Positions 14,458 to 26,592 of a stretch of DNA of 64,000 bases are shown here, piece after piece. The stretch is from the human T2T-CHM13v2.0 reference genome, Homo sapiens. The translations under genes and the position numbers were made by a program. Where the stretch lies: assembly GCF_009914755.1 (NCBI RefSeq), contig NC_060932.1; one strand, written 5' to 3'. The notes beneath the pieces were generated by a model that was not told the DNA's origin, searched no databases, and saw only the letters and a list, made by a program, of their open reading frames with translations. Every line of letters starts with the position of its first letter. The stretch's first letter is position 1.

Positions 14458-15852
14458 ATACTCTACTTCTCCTCTACATTTTCTTATCAGTGCCAGCAGG
14501 AAAAATTAGTAAGGAGGTCAGTGGAGCAGATGTGCAGGTGAGTGGTTCAGATGGCCACTGTCCTGCCAATGGCTCACCAGAGCCGGACAACGAGCACTAA
14601 AAAAACTCCATCCAACACCACATCACATCTCTCTCTCAGTCAACAGATACAGGCTGAAGTCACCAGATCAGTTAGGTAAGTAGAATATTCAACAGACAAA
14701 CCACTTTGTACATAGTATATACCTATGGAGGTACTGTAGTCTGAGAAGGAAACAATTTAAGACAATACCTACCTCCAAGACATTTTGCAAATTTAGGGAA
14801 GAAACAAAGAAATTAAAATCAAACCTAAGGACAAAGTACATTCTTAAGGATACGTTTTAAACAAGAAATAATAATCATGTTTTCTAATAATGATAATCCA
14901 GGTCACTGTAAACAGATAGAACTACAAATAATGGCAACGTTGATAGGAGGTTGAACATAGAAAATGCTTTTGGTTGCCAAACTCCATCATCTCAAACATT
15001 CATAATACTTCTATATCTCTACTTATTCCAGAAAAATCCATATATGTCTTTAATCATTTTGAAGTTTACCTTAAAGGATATTTTTCTCCTTTAAAAAGAT
15101 AGGTAAATTATTTCTTTGAAATACGATTTTTTATCCAAACAGAGCAGTGTTTCATTGAACATATTGCAGCTGCTTTGATTTAGTAGTGAGTTTCCAGTTG
15201 CCATCACAGATATGTTGACTGGAGTCACCTGCATTGTCAAGTCATAGTTTCTTCTTTGTGCCATAAGTTAAAAAGAGATAGACATGACTGCCAAAGGTTG
15301 TTTGCATGTAAACAAACAACCTTCCAGAAATTTAACTATTCTCACTGTTTTAGTTGTTCTTTAACTGCCAGAGTCAGCATTTGCTTGGCTATTCAAATGA
15401 CAATTTAAGGACAATTTGGAATCTGCCAAGAGTTTGCCAAGATACATATGATGTGTACTGAACATATCATGCATAGAAAATAAAGTGCTAAAGACAAGGA
15501 TATCTTTGGACAAAATGTTCCTCATTTGAGCCTAATTTCATTCTAGAGGCTTCAACACCTAATGATTGATAACAAAACTCTTAATGTAAAAAAGTGCACC
15601 TAATGCATTTAAATCCTATGATGGCATTTGAGTGTGTGCATAGCTCATTAATGTGATGCTAGGCTGGGACTCTATGTTAAAGTGTTTAGGAAGATTTTTA
15701 GATTTTAAAATATTTAATATTCAATTTGTCTTTCAGTAGACCACTCACAGCTCCCCAGGAGAGATGGAGAACACCATGTTCTGCATTTTAATGAGAAACA
15801 CTAGGTAATGGAAAGACTGTGTTGCAGGCTACAATTGAAAAAACAAAACAGT

Positions 15853-16450
15853 GAAAGACAGTGTGGTGATTCCTCAAGGATATAGAACCAGAAATACTAT
15901 TTGACCCAGCAATCCCATTACTGGGAATATACCCAAAGGAATATAAATTATTCTACTATAAAGACACATGCACATATACTTTTATTGCAGCACAATTTAC
16001 AATTGCAAAGACTTGGAACCAACCCAAATGCCCATTAATGATAGACTGTATAAAGAAAATGTGGCACATATACACCATGGAATACTATGCAGCCATAAGA
16101 AAGAATGAGTTCATGTCCTTTGCAATGACATGGATGAAGCTGGAAACCATCATTCTCAGCAAGCTAACACAGAAACTGAAAACTAAACACCTCATGTTCT
16201 CACCCATAAGTGGGAGTTGAAAATGAAAACACAGGGACACAGGGAGGGAACAACACACACTGGGGCCTGTCAGGAGGATGGAGGGCAAGGGGAGGGAAAG
16301 CATTAGGACAAATACCTAATGTATGCAGGGCTTAAAACCTAGATGACAAGTTGATAAGTGCAGCGAACCACCATGGCACATGTAAACCTATGTAACGAAC
16401 CTGAATGTTCTGCACATGTATCCCAGAATTTAAGTAAAATAAAAAATAAA
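15853..16450 (+). mobile_element. 5'-truncated L1PA (about PA7-PA10): ORF2 C-terminus, 3' UTR and A-tail
   Basis: ORF 16038-16220 translates to the L1 ORF2p C-terminal motif KKMWHIYTMEYYAAI..NEFMSFA.TWMKLETIILSKL; L1PA 3' UTR; aaaacagt on both flanks. Confidence 0.93.
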
Positions 16451-16824
16451 AAGACAGAGAAAGAGAAAGAAAAAGCAAAACGAAAACAAAAACAGTTTAT
16501 TCCATGGGCATTACATCACATTTGAGGAAATTAGTTATCCTGCTTATTAAGTAGTAAGCGCAAGAAGTACTCCCTAAATATTTGTCCCACATAGCTCATA
16601 AATCCATCTGGAGATTTGTTGTTCATCAGTTCAACTCTAGATTTCTTAAAAATGGGGTCCACCTTATCCATCCCTAAATTTGTAGTTTTTGGCACAGATT
16701 AGAATACATGGCAGTGCCCAGTATATTTTCATGGTCTTTAATTTCATGGATGTAAATATTTTGTGGAATTAATTATTTTTCGAATGGGAAACATTTGACC
16801 AATGAGTCATGATTGCACATGACA

Positions 16825-17484
16825 GTATGGTTGTCCTCCTTATCTGCAGAAGATACGTTTTACAAACCCTAGTGGATGCCAGAAAGCATAGATAGTATCA
16901 AATCCCAAATATGTTATGATTTTTCTTATACATGCATGCCTGTGATACAAGTTAAATTAGGCAGAATAAGAGATTACCAACAATCATAATAAAGTAGGAC
17001 AATTATAACAACATACTATTTACAATTTCACAGATAGATGGCTCATTCCTACCATAGATCTTAGCAACCCCAGCACACAATTTTTTTTCTTTTCCTTATT
17101 GAGTCAAGAAGTCACAACTTTTCACTTGGAAGCACTTTATGGGTTGTCTTTGGCATATCTGGCCTCTCTACTTTTGCACTTTGGGGCATTACACAGTAAA
17201 ATAAGGGTGACTTGGACACAAGCAATGTGATACTTCAACAGTCCAGATGGCCCCTAAGTGCCTCAGAGGTGGGGAGGCTACACAGTGTGGAGACGCTGGA
17301 GAAAAGGAGTGTTCACATCCTGGGCAGAACAGTTGGAGATTTTGTTATGCTACTCAGAATGGCATGCAACCTAAAACCTATTCACTGTTATTTCTGGAGT
17401 TTTCCATTGAATATTTTCAGATTGTAGTTACTGCAGGTATCTGAAACCAGGAAAAGCAAAACCAGAGAGAAGAGGGGATTATTG
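16825..17484 (-). mobile_element. MER44 (TcMar-Tigger non-autonomous DNA transposon)
   Basis: Degenerate TIRs (gtcctccttatctgcag.../...gagaagaggggattattg) and internal ttatttctggagttttccattgaatattttcaga. Confidence 0.8.
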
Positions 17485-18870
17485 TGGTGTGGTAGCAAGA
17501 GAACTGAGTTGCAGGAGGAAGATTTGGTTGAAATATGTGGCTTTTTTTTTTTTTTACAACAATTTGGTTCGTTTATGAGGACACTATTACATAGAGAAAA
17601 ATAGAAGTAAAATATTGTTTTTGTTGTCAAAAACAGGGTAATGGGGGAAGGAAGAAGACAGAAACACATTATGTCACAATCCTGTTGAAAAGCTAAAAAA
17701 AAAAAATCCATATTAAGGGCTGAATCATCTTGTCACTGGCCAGCTTTACACCTGCTCATCCCTCTCCGCAAGATAAAGGCCTGATCCAACGGCAATGAAA
17801 CTTTTCTTATCTCCCAGAGATGGACAAATGATCACATCTCAGATTAGATCCTAGGTTTTGTCTCCAAATATCAGGAAGAGTAGAGTAGTTATCTGCCTAA
17901 GTATTTATATTTCAAGAAGTAATAATACCTGGAAATTTGGAAACATCTCTAGGTTGGAAAGATTCAGATACATGAGACTATTTGGCTTCTGGAGAGTATA
18001 TTTATATTCCAATGGGGTGGAGTTAGGGCTCAGATTCATGATGTTTCCAAAGATGCACTCTCAAGAAGAGTGAGGGAAGCTGCCTTATTCCCTTTGTAAA
18101 CAGAGAAAACTCATTTTCTTCACCCCCTGCCCATGCAATGTACAGCTAGTTATGTTGGAAAAATTTCCCTCAGCTCTCATGGCATAAGATAAGGATGAAG
18201 GCAAGGGGCTGATGCACTTATTATTTACTTTGAAGTAATAAGTGGTCTGTCTCTGATCCAGAACACTTCATGTGTGCAATCAAGATACATTTAATAAAGA
18301 CGAATATTAAAAACCTAACAAGCTTCAATTCAATTTTATTACCCTTTGGATCAGAGAAACAGAACAAATGGCCATAGATCTACTCCTTATTGTATGTGAA
18401 GAGTGAAATGTTTCTAGAGGAAGTGACGGCAAACATTTCCTATTTTTGTGCTGTATACACTTCTGTGTTTCAGGCTAGGGTTTCTAGCATGAGCTCTGAG
18501 AAATACAAGCAAGTTTACTTCATGGACACTTTATTCTTTGGTTGGTATTTCATATTCCTTCAAAATTGATCTTGTAGCAACAAAATCAACCATAAGAAAT
18601 AATAGGAAGGTTTAATTTTTTATAAAGTATTGAAGTTCACGTTGTTTTTAAATGCCTTTGTTTGAAAGTGAAATACATATATTGAACTTGAACACTCAAA
18701 ATTCCCATGGAAACAAATCAAATAAAGTAATTACAAAGTAATTGCTAATGTTAAGTATGATCAAATTTAAGTTGTCTCTTCTAGGACCAGTTTACACCTT
18801 GATAGTTTTAGCATGGCAGGTGTAGATTTAAGGGTACCATGAGAAAGAGAAATACCAAAAGTTTTCCGAA

Positions 18871-18968
18871 GAGACAGGGTTTTGTTGGTCAACCAGGCTG
18901 GAATGCAGTAATGTGATCATAGCTCACTGCAGCCTTGAACTCTTGGACTCAAAATACCCTCCTGTCTC
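18871..18968 (-). mobile_element. FLAM/AluJ fragment
   Basis: gagacagggtt...caggctggaatgcagtaatgtgatcatagctcactgcagccttgaactc. Confidence 0.8.
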
Positions 18969-19184
18969 CTCTTTCTCCTTCTTCAACTTCACCTTCTCTT
19001 CCTCCTCATTATTGTTATTGTTGCCATTGTTTTAGTGAAAAAGAAAGAAGGGGGAAAAAGACATCATATATTGAACATGTATCATAAGAGGGGCATTCAA
19101 GTAAACTCTTTGGAATCTTACAAAGTTTTCAAATAGTCTTTTGGGGAACAAAGAGACATCATAGGGTAATGGAATCCTAAGTTA

Positions 19185-19486
19185 GTGCCAAATTGAAATA
19201 TTTGAGTCACGTGTGCAACTTTAAGTTTTCTAGGAATCACATTAAAAAAGTAAAAGAAATTGATCAAATTAATTATAATAGTGTTTTAATTTAACTAAAT
19301 TGATCCAAAATATTGAAATTTCAGCTTATAATCAATATGAACATTATTAGAGAGGGATTTTACATTTTTGTACTAAACCTTGTCTGTACCATATTTATTT
19401 TTATTGGGATCTCCGTTAGAACTAGCCCTATTTCAAGGGCTCAGTAGATACGTGTCACTAGGAGTTGCCATATAGGACAGAATAGG
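19185..19486. mobile_element. MER33-like hAT-Charlie DNA transposon
   Basis: ttttctaggaatcacattaaaaaagtaaaagaaa...gaactagccctatttcaagggctcagtagatacgtgtcactag...ggacag. Confidence 0.7.
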
Positions 19487-19815
19487 ACTATGGAGTAAGA
19501 TCTTACGTCTACAACCAACTTGCCTGTTCTTTAACCCATTTACTAAACTTTGGTGATATTACCTAAATGCTTTCAACTTTATCTTTCATAGCAGTATCTG
19601 ATATAGGGTAGTTGTAAAGACTAAATTAATTCATATAGAACAGTTAGACCAAAGCCTGTCACATATTTTCAATTATTATAGCACTTATAATTGCTGAATA
19701 AATTTATTTTTAAACCACTTTTTTTGAGATTAGTTTTAGTATCTCATTCACAAAAGAGGAACTAAATGCAGAGAAGTCCAATAATCTGCCCAAGTTTGCT
19801 CAGTTAGTAGCTAAC
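19487..19815. mobile_element. MIR fragments
   Basis: MIR core-like motifs (gttgtaaagactaaattaattcatat; gaggaactaaatgcagagaagtccaataatctgcccaag). Confidence 0.6.
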
Positions 19816-21459
19816 TTTTGTCAAATTTATTGTAATTTTCCCTAATGCACTTATCTTTTCGACCAAAAGAGTATTACGAAACAGTTGTAGTATGCAAGCA
19901 CCAGTTTGTATACTTATTTGTTTGCATCCTTCATGAAGACTTTTGTTAGTTGTTAATTAAACACATGCACATACATATCTACATAGTATACATTTTTGTG
20001 TGTGTGAATACACAAATTCGTTTGATTCACGTTGGACTGTCCCAGAGTCCTGGAAGAGGGTTTCCTGAAAAACATATCTTAAATCTGTGCCCAGCCAATA
20101 AGTTTTCAAGATTATTCTTGGTTTTTCTTTGCAGCATCAAAATATAAGAATGGGAAAAAAAGTATTTCAAAGTACTTAAGTTAAAATTGGTATTCTTCTA
20201 ATAAATTTCAATAGTTTGAAATTTCTTCTTTTAGTGATAGATTAAGTAAAGCAAATAAATTTTTCCCATGGAAGAAAAAATTTAAAAAACAGGAGACTGA
20301 TTAAAAAAATTCTGATATAATTTTTATCAGTATTCATTGTTTCTCTGTGTGGATTCAAGTTACCATCTGGTACCATTTCCTTTTAGCCTGAAGTAATTAT
20401 TTTAGCATTGGTTGTAAAGCAGGTGCTAGCAACAAATTTTATCTTTCTTTATCTTGGAATGTATTTAATTTGCCTGTATTCTGAAAGATAGTTTTGTTAG
20501 ATATAGACTTTTCAGTTGACGTTTTTATTTTCTTTTAACACTTTAAAAACATCCTTCTGCTGCCTTCTGACTTCATTTTAGTAACGAGTAGTAAGAGAGC
20601 TATATTGTGGTCCCCTTGACTAGAAGGAGTAATTTTTGCCTTGCTGCTTATAGGATGTTTCCTTTGTCTTTTTCAATAGTTTGAAAAGCCTGTGTAGAAT
20701 TATCTAGGTGTGTGTTTTTGTATGTGCTTATCCTATTTGGAGTTTATGGAGCTACCTAGATGTACAGGATAATATTTTTCATCAACTGTGGAAAGTTTTT
20801 ATTCATTATTTTTCCATTTTCTTCCTTCATCACTCTCTCCTGCCTCTGCATCTCAGACTCACATTACACTCATGTCATTATGCTTGATGGTGTTCTAATG
20901 GACTATGGGGCGCTTTATTTTTCTTTTTACATTGTGTGCTTTCAACTGAGTGATCTTTACTGATTTAACTTTAGGTTCACTGATTCTCTATTCTAGCAGC
21001 TCATATATACTGTAACCCTATAGCAAAAAATGTTATTTCAATATCATATTTTTGAATTCCAGAATTTCAACTTCTTTTTTATATGATGTCTATCTCTTTA
21101 TTGACATTCTATATTTCATAATTTATCATCATCATACTGTCATTTAATTCTTTAAAAATGGTTTATTTTAGTTCTTCAAATATACTTACAATAATTGATT
21201 TGGAGTCTTTGTCTAGTAAGTTCAACAGCTGTAAATTCTCAGGAACATTGATTACTGACACCTTTCTATTTTTAAGCTTATCTTATTTTTTTCTGGAAAC
21301 TGGATATTTTATATACTGTTTTATATAATATATTGTTGCAATTTTAGATTCTCACATCCCCTGGGATTGCCATTTTTGTTGTTTTTCTGTTCATTTATTT
21401 TGGTCATTCATTTTTACATAATTTGTCTATACTAGTTCTCTAGAGCTGGTCTGCCCTGA

Positions 21460-21762
<303 letters not shown>

Positions 21763-22271
21763 TAAGCATGCTTTCCAGGGATTACCTGCTTAAACATATA
21801 TTGAGTGACACTTTGCTGACAGACCGGTGTGTGGATTGGGGAACACATTTAATGTGGAGGCAGTTTATAGGTCTATCCAGCTTTTAATTTCTGCATGTGT
21901 AAGGCATCCTGCCCCACTAAGGGTTCAGTTAGCTGGGCCCTTTCCTGTTGCCTATTAGGTGTGCAGACTTCCAGACAACCAACAGCGTTGTTTCATCAAT
22001 GTTGTGACATCAGCTGTGATGTGTTTCCCCGATTATTTGCCACTGGGATCACTATAATTTTGACAATGCTCTGGTTAAAGGTTTTTTTTTCATACTTCAC
22101 TCAGAATCAAGACTGCCACTTTCTGTAGTGAGTCAGCCAGTATCCACGATCATCCCTCCCTGGTTAAACTACCAAGCAAAACACCATAAACTCCAAATGT
22201 TCTTACTGAGATTTAGTGAATTTTCTTGAATAAATGACTTTTAGTTTATTAATGGATTTAATTTAAAAAGG

Positions 22272-22512
22272 AATGAATTACTGTCATTTTAATGGGAGTA
22301 TGTTACATATCTTGGGTGTGAACTCCTGAGAAGCGATTAAGTTTTGCCTCCATTTTCTCTCTGTCTTTCATACTCTCATAAATGATGCCTTTCAGCATGT
22401 TATAACACGGGGGCCCTCACCAAATGCTGAGCAGATACCAGCACTCTGCCCTTGGATTTCCAGTCTCCACAGCTGTGAGCCAAAGAAACTTCTTTTCTTT
22501 ATAAATCACCCT
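22272..22512 (+). mobile_element. Internal segment of an MST-type LTR lacking both termini
   Basis: Aligns by eye with 23790-24012 of the neighbouring LTR. Confidence 0.85.
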
Positions 22513-23674
22513 ATATGCTTTTGGTCAATTTCTAGTGTTCTGAAATAATTGCTTTTGACGATTGTGTCCAGTTTTATCATTGCTGCTGTAGAAAAGATTT
22601 GCTGAGATGCTTACTTAGCATTTCCAGAATAATGAATACAAGTTTGATGGATAAAATAACTAATGAATGTATTCATATCAAACCATATGCCAAAATGTCT
22701 TAAAATTTCTCATTTTAAAAAACATTTAAATTAATTATATAGTAAGCACATAAACACATATTTATGTTACTACTTTGAAAATCTGTAAATACGTTAGTAG
22801 CATTTCTATGGTCTCTAAGATGAGGACTTTTTTCTCAATGGACTCCCTGATTATTTATTAAGTTAGTTAATTAGATATTAACCTCCTTGATTCAAATAGT
22901 TCTTGTTTATAAAAGTGACTGACTTTTAATCACAACATTAAATTAGTTTCTGAGAGTAAGGGTGTTTTTAAATTATGATTTTAGAATGTCCTCAGTACAT
23001 ATAGCAAAATTAATATGCTAAAATTTCTCAATTTATTATTTGAATGTTAGATAGTAAATAAAGGTAATAAATATATTTTATGACATATTCATAGATACTT
23101 AATATACAATGGAATATGCTTAAAAATAATATAAAACTTATGATTAGGCCTCAAATTATTTTGTATTGGAATACATAAAAATAAAACTACCTAACCTATA
23201 TAATATGTATAATTTCATAGAACATATTACATCTTCTAGAAATAAGAAATATGTATTTGTAGCATTTTCAAATAGTAGGTGAATTTACAATGCATATGCT
23301 TTGGTCTTCTGCAAAAATCTTTTTGTTCTTTTGTTTTTATTATTAAATATATAATTTTTAAAAAACAATTTGTATGTCTTAATGTTTTAGCTTGTGAGAT
23401 TCATTTTATGCCTGATTGTAGACCCTAGAACATCCTCTTCTGTGAGCTGGACATGGCAAATGTAGTCATTTCAGAGTCAAGAATTACAATTTCAATATTA
23501 ACAACTCCATTTGATGTTTTTATTTTATTTTTTAACTTTAAAAAAGAATCATATTGAATTGCCAAGCTGCTTTCTTCTATTTCTGCTACGTACAGTAGAA
23601 TGCTGCAAATCACACAATAGTTATGCCAAAACAGATATGTTTGCACTTTGCTTTAAAATCCCACACTGGCTCTG

Positions 23675-24055
23675 TGCTATTGTTTCAATGTCCACTCCAA
23701 AACTCATGTTGAAATGTAATTACCATATTATGGAATTAAGAGGTGGGGCCTTTAAGAGGCGATTAGACCCTGAGGGTTGTGCCCTCATGAATGGATTGAT
23801 GTCATTATCATGGGAGTGTGTTGCATATCTTGGGTGTGAGTTCCGGAGAAGAGAATAGGTTTTGCCTCTATTTTCTGTCTGTCTCTCCCACTTTCATCAT
23901 GTGATGCCTTGGCCCTCACCAAATGCTGAGCATATGACAGCACTCTGACCTTGGACTTCCCAGCCTCCAGAGCTGTGAGCCAAACAAACTTCTTTTCTTT
24001 ATAAATCACCCTGTTTGTAGTATTCTGTTATAGAAGTAGAAAATGGACAAAGACA
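23675..24055 (+). mobile_element. MST (C/D-like) MaLR solo LTR
   Basis: tgctattgtttcaatgtcc..ccaaaactcatgttgaaat...aaatggacaaagaca. Confidence 0.88.
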
Positions 24056-24154
24056 TCTAATCTCCACCATGACATTACAGCTTCTTTTGAATTAATAATT
24101 TTTTGGATTAACTATAATACTGCACATTGTATCAACTGATTTTTTTCTGTAGTT

Positions 24155-24310
24155 AAATAGACTGACACATTAAAACAAAGATAGAAAAGTTAAAACTAAA
24201 GTGGAGGCAAAGATATGACAGGCAATACCAAATAGAAAGAAAGCAGGGGTCACAAACATGATATTTGACAAAATACATTACAGAACAAAAAAAAGTATTT
24301 AAAAAAAACT
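24155..24310 (+). mobile_element. L1M ORF2 endonuclease-region fragment
   Basis: aaagatatgacaggcaataccaaatagaaagaaagcaggggtc...gacaaaata. Confidence 0.55.
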
Positions 24311-24455
24311 AAAAAGTTTATTTTATCTTGCTCCCACCCACTTCTAGTTCTTGACTTATATCTTTATTGTCTGAGCAGATAGCTTTTTCATACTATACTC
24401 TGTCTAATATAGCCATCATTTCATGATGATCCACCATCGGATAGAATTTGTGTGA

Positions 24456-24816
<361 letters not shown>

Positions 24817-25181
24817 TGAGCTCTTGTATGTTGAAAGGAGTTGGTCATAGTCTTTATATTTCTCACATTGTCTTTTTATTAGTATCTTAAGTATATTACT
24901 GCATTTTCTCTTGGCATAAACTATAGCAATGAAAAAAATCTAAGGACAGTCTAATTTTCTTTCTCTTATGGTGTACCTGCTCAATTTTTGCTCGGGTGAT
25001 AAAACAGTTTTTTTAATGTTTGTTTTTAAAGTCTGGTATTTTTTACTAGAATGTGTCTTCTTGGTGTTGGTCATTTGGATTTGGTTTTTCCAGGTTTGAT
25101 GTATTATTCAAATACAAATTTTAAGTTTTGTTTACATTTTAATTTGTGGAAAGTTCTGTGGATGTTTGGTTTGTTTGTGCT

Positions 25182-25183
<2 letters not shown>

Positions 25184-25216
<33 letters not shown>
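25184..25216. repeat. (TG)n microsatellite
   Basis: Perfect TG run. Confidence 0.95.
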
Positions 25217-25217
<1 letters not shown>

Positions 25218-25569
25218 TGTATGTCTTCCATTCCATTATTTTCCCATTATTTTGGTTTTTACTTTGTTTTTGTATTTTTTCCAATGTGGAATTTCACTAT
25301 ATATGTGTTAGATCACTTTGTCTGTTACTTTTTTTAATAATACCTTTTTATTTAGTTTATCTAAAAAATTGATGTAAGTAGAACATATAAACCAAAAATT
25401 ACTCATAATAAAGTTTAAGGTTCAATGAATTGGATGTTGAATAAGTAATATCTGGATTAAGAAATCTAAATTTCAGAGTCTCAGTAACCCAGTAGCTCCA
25501 TTTTACATTTATCCAATCACCAACATTGCCAAAAGTTATACAGCATCCTGTGTTTTATTTATTTAAAAA

Positions 25570-26592
25570 AAAAAACTGTTTCAATAGCTTTGGGGGTACA
25601 AAGGGTTTTAGGTTACATGGATAAATTTTGTAATGAATTCTGTGATTTTAGTGTACCCATAGTATACATTTTATCCAATATATAATTTTTTATCCCTACC
25701 CCCCTCCCACCCTCCCCCTTCTGAGTCTCTAAAGTCCATTATATCACTTTGTATGCCTTTGTGTACCCATAGGTTAGCTCTCACTTATAAGTAAGAATAT
25801 ACAGTATTTGATTTTCCATTTTTGAATACTTTCCTTAGAATAATGGCCTCCAGCTTCATCCAAGTTGCTGCAAAGGACGTTATTTCATTCCATTTTATTA
25901 CTGAGTAGTATTCTGTGGTATATATATACCACATTTTCTTTATTCATTCATTGATTGATGGACACTGGGGTTGGTTCTATATCTTTGAAATTGGAAACTG
26001 GGCTGCAATAAACATATGTGTGCATGTGTCTTTTTCATATAATAACTCCTTTTTCTTTGGGTAGATAGCCAAGTAGCAAGATTACTGGATTAAATGGTAG
26101 ATCTACTTTTAGTTATTTAAATAATCTCCATACTATTTTCCATAGAGGTTGTACTAATTTACACTCTCAAAAGCAGTGTATAAGTGTTCCTTTTTTACCA
26201 CATCCACACCAACATCTATTGCTTTTTGACTTTTTCATATTAGCCATTCTGGTACGAGTAAGGTGGTATCTCATTGTGGTTTTAATTTGCATTTCCCTGA
26301 TGATTAGTGATGTTGGCCATTTTTTCTTGTTTGTTAGCCATTTTTATATCTTTTTTGAGAAATGTCTATTTATGTCATTTGCCTACTTTTTGATGGATTT
26401 TTTTTTCTGATTTCTTTGAGTTCCATGTAGATTTCAGATACTAGTCCTTTGTTGGATGCATAGTTTGCAAATATTATCTCCCATTCTGTGGGTTATCTCT
26501 TTATTCTTATGATTATTTCTTTTGCCATGCGGAAGCTTTCTAATGTAATGAAATCACATTTACTTTTTTTTTGTATTTACTTTTGAGGTTTT
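25570..26592 (-). mobile_element. L1PB-like 3' end nested in older L1ME-like sequence
   Basis: Antisense L1 3' UTR/ORF2 end (gttagctctcacttataagtaagaatatacagtatttg; tctcattgtggttttaatttgcatttccctgatgattagtgatgttg). Confidence 0.85.
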
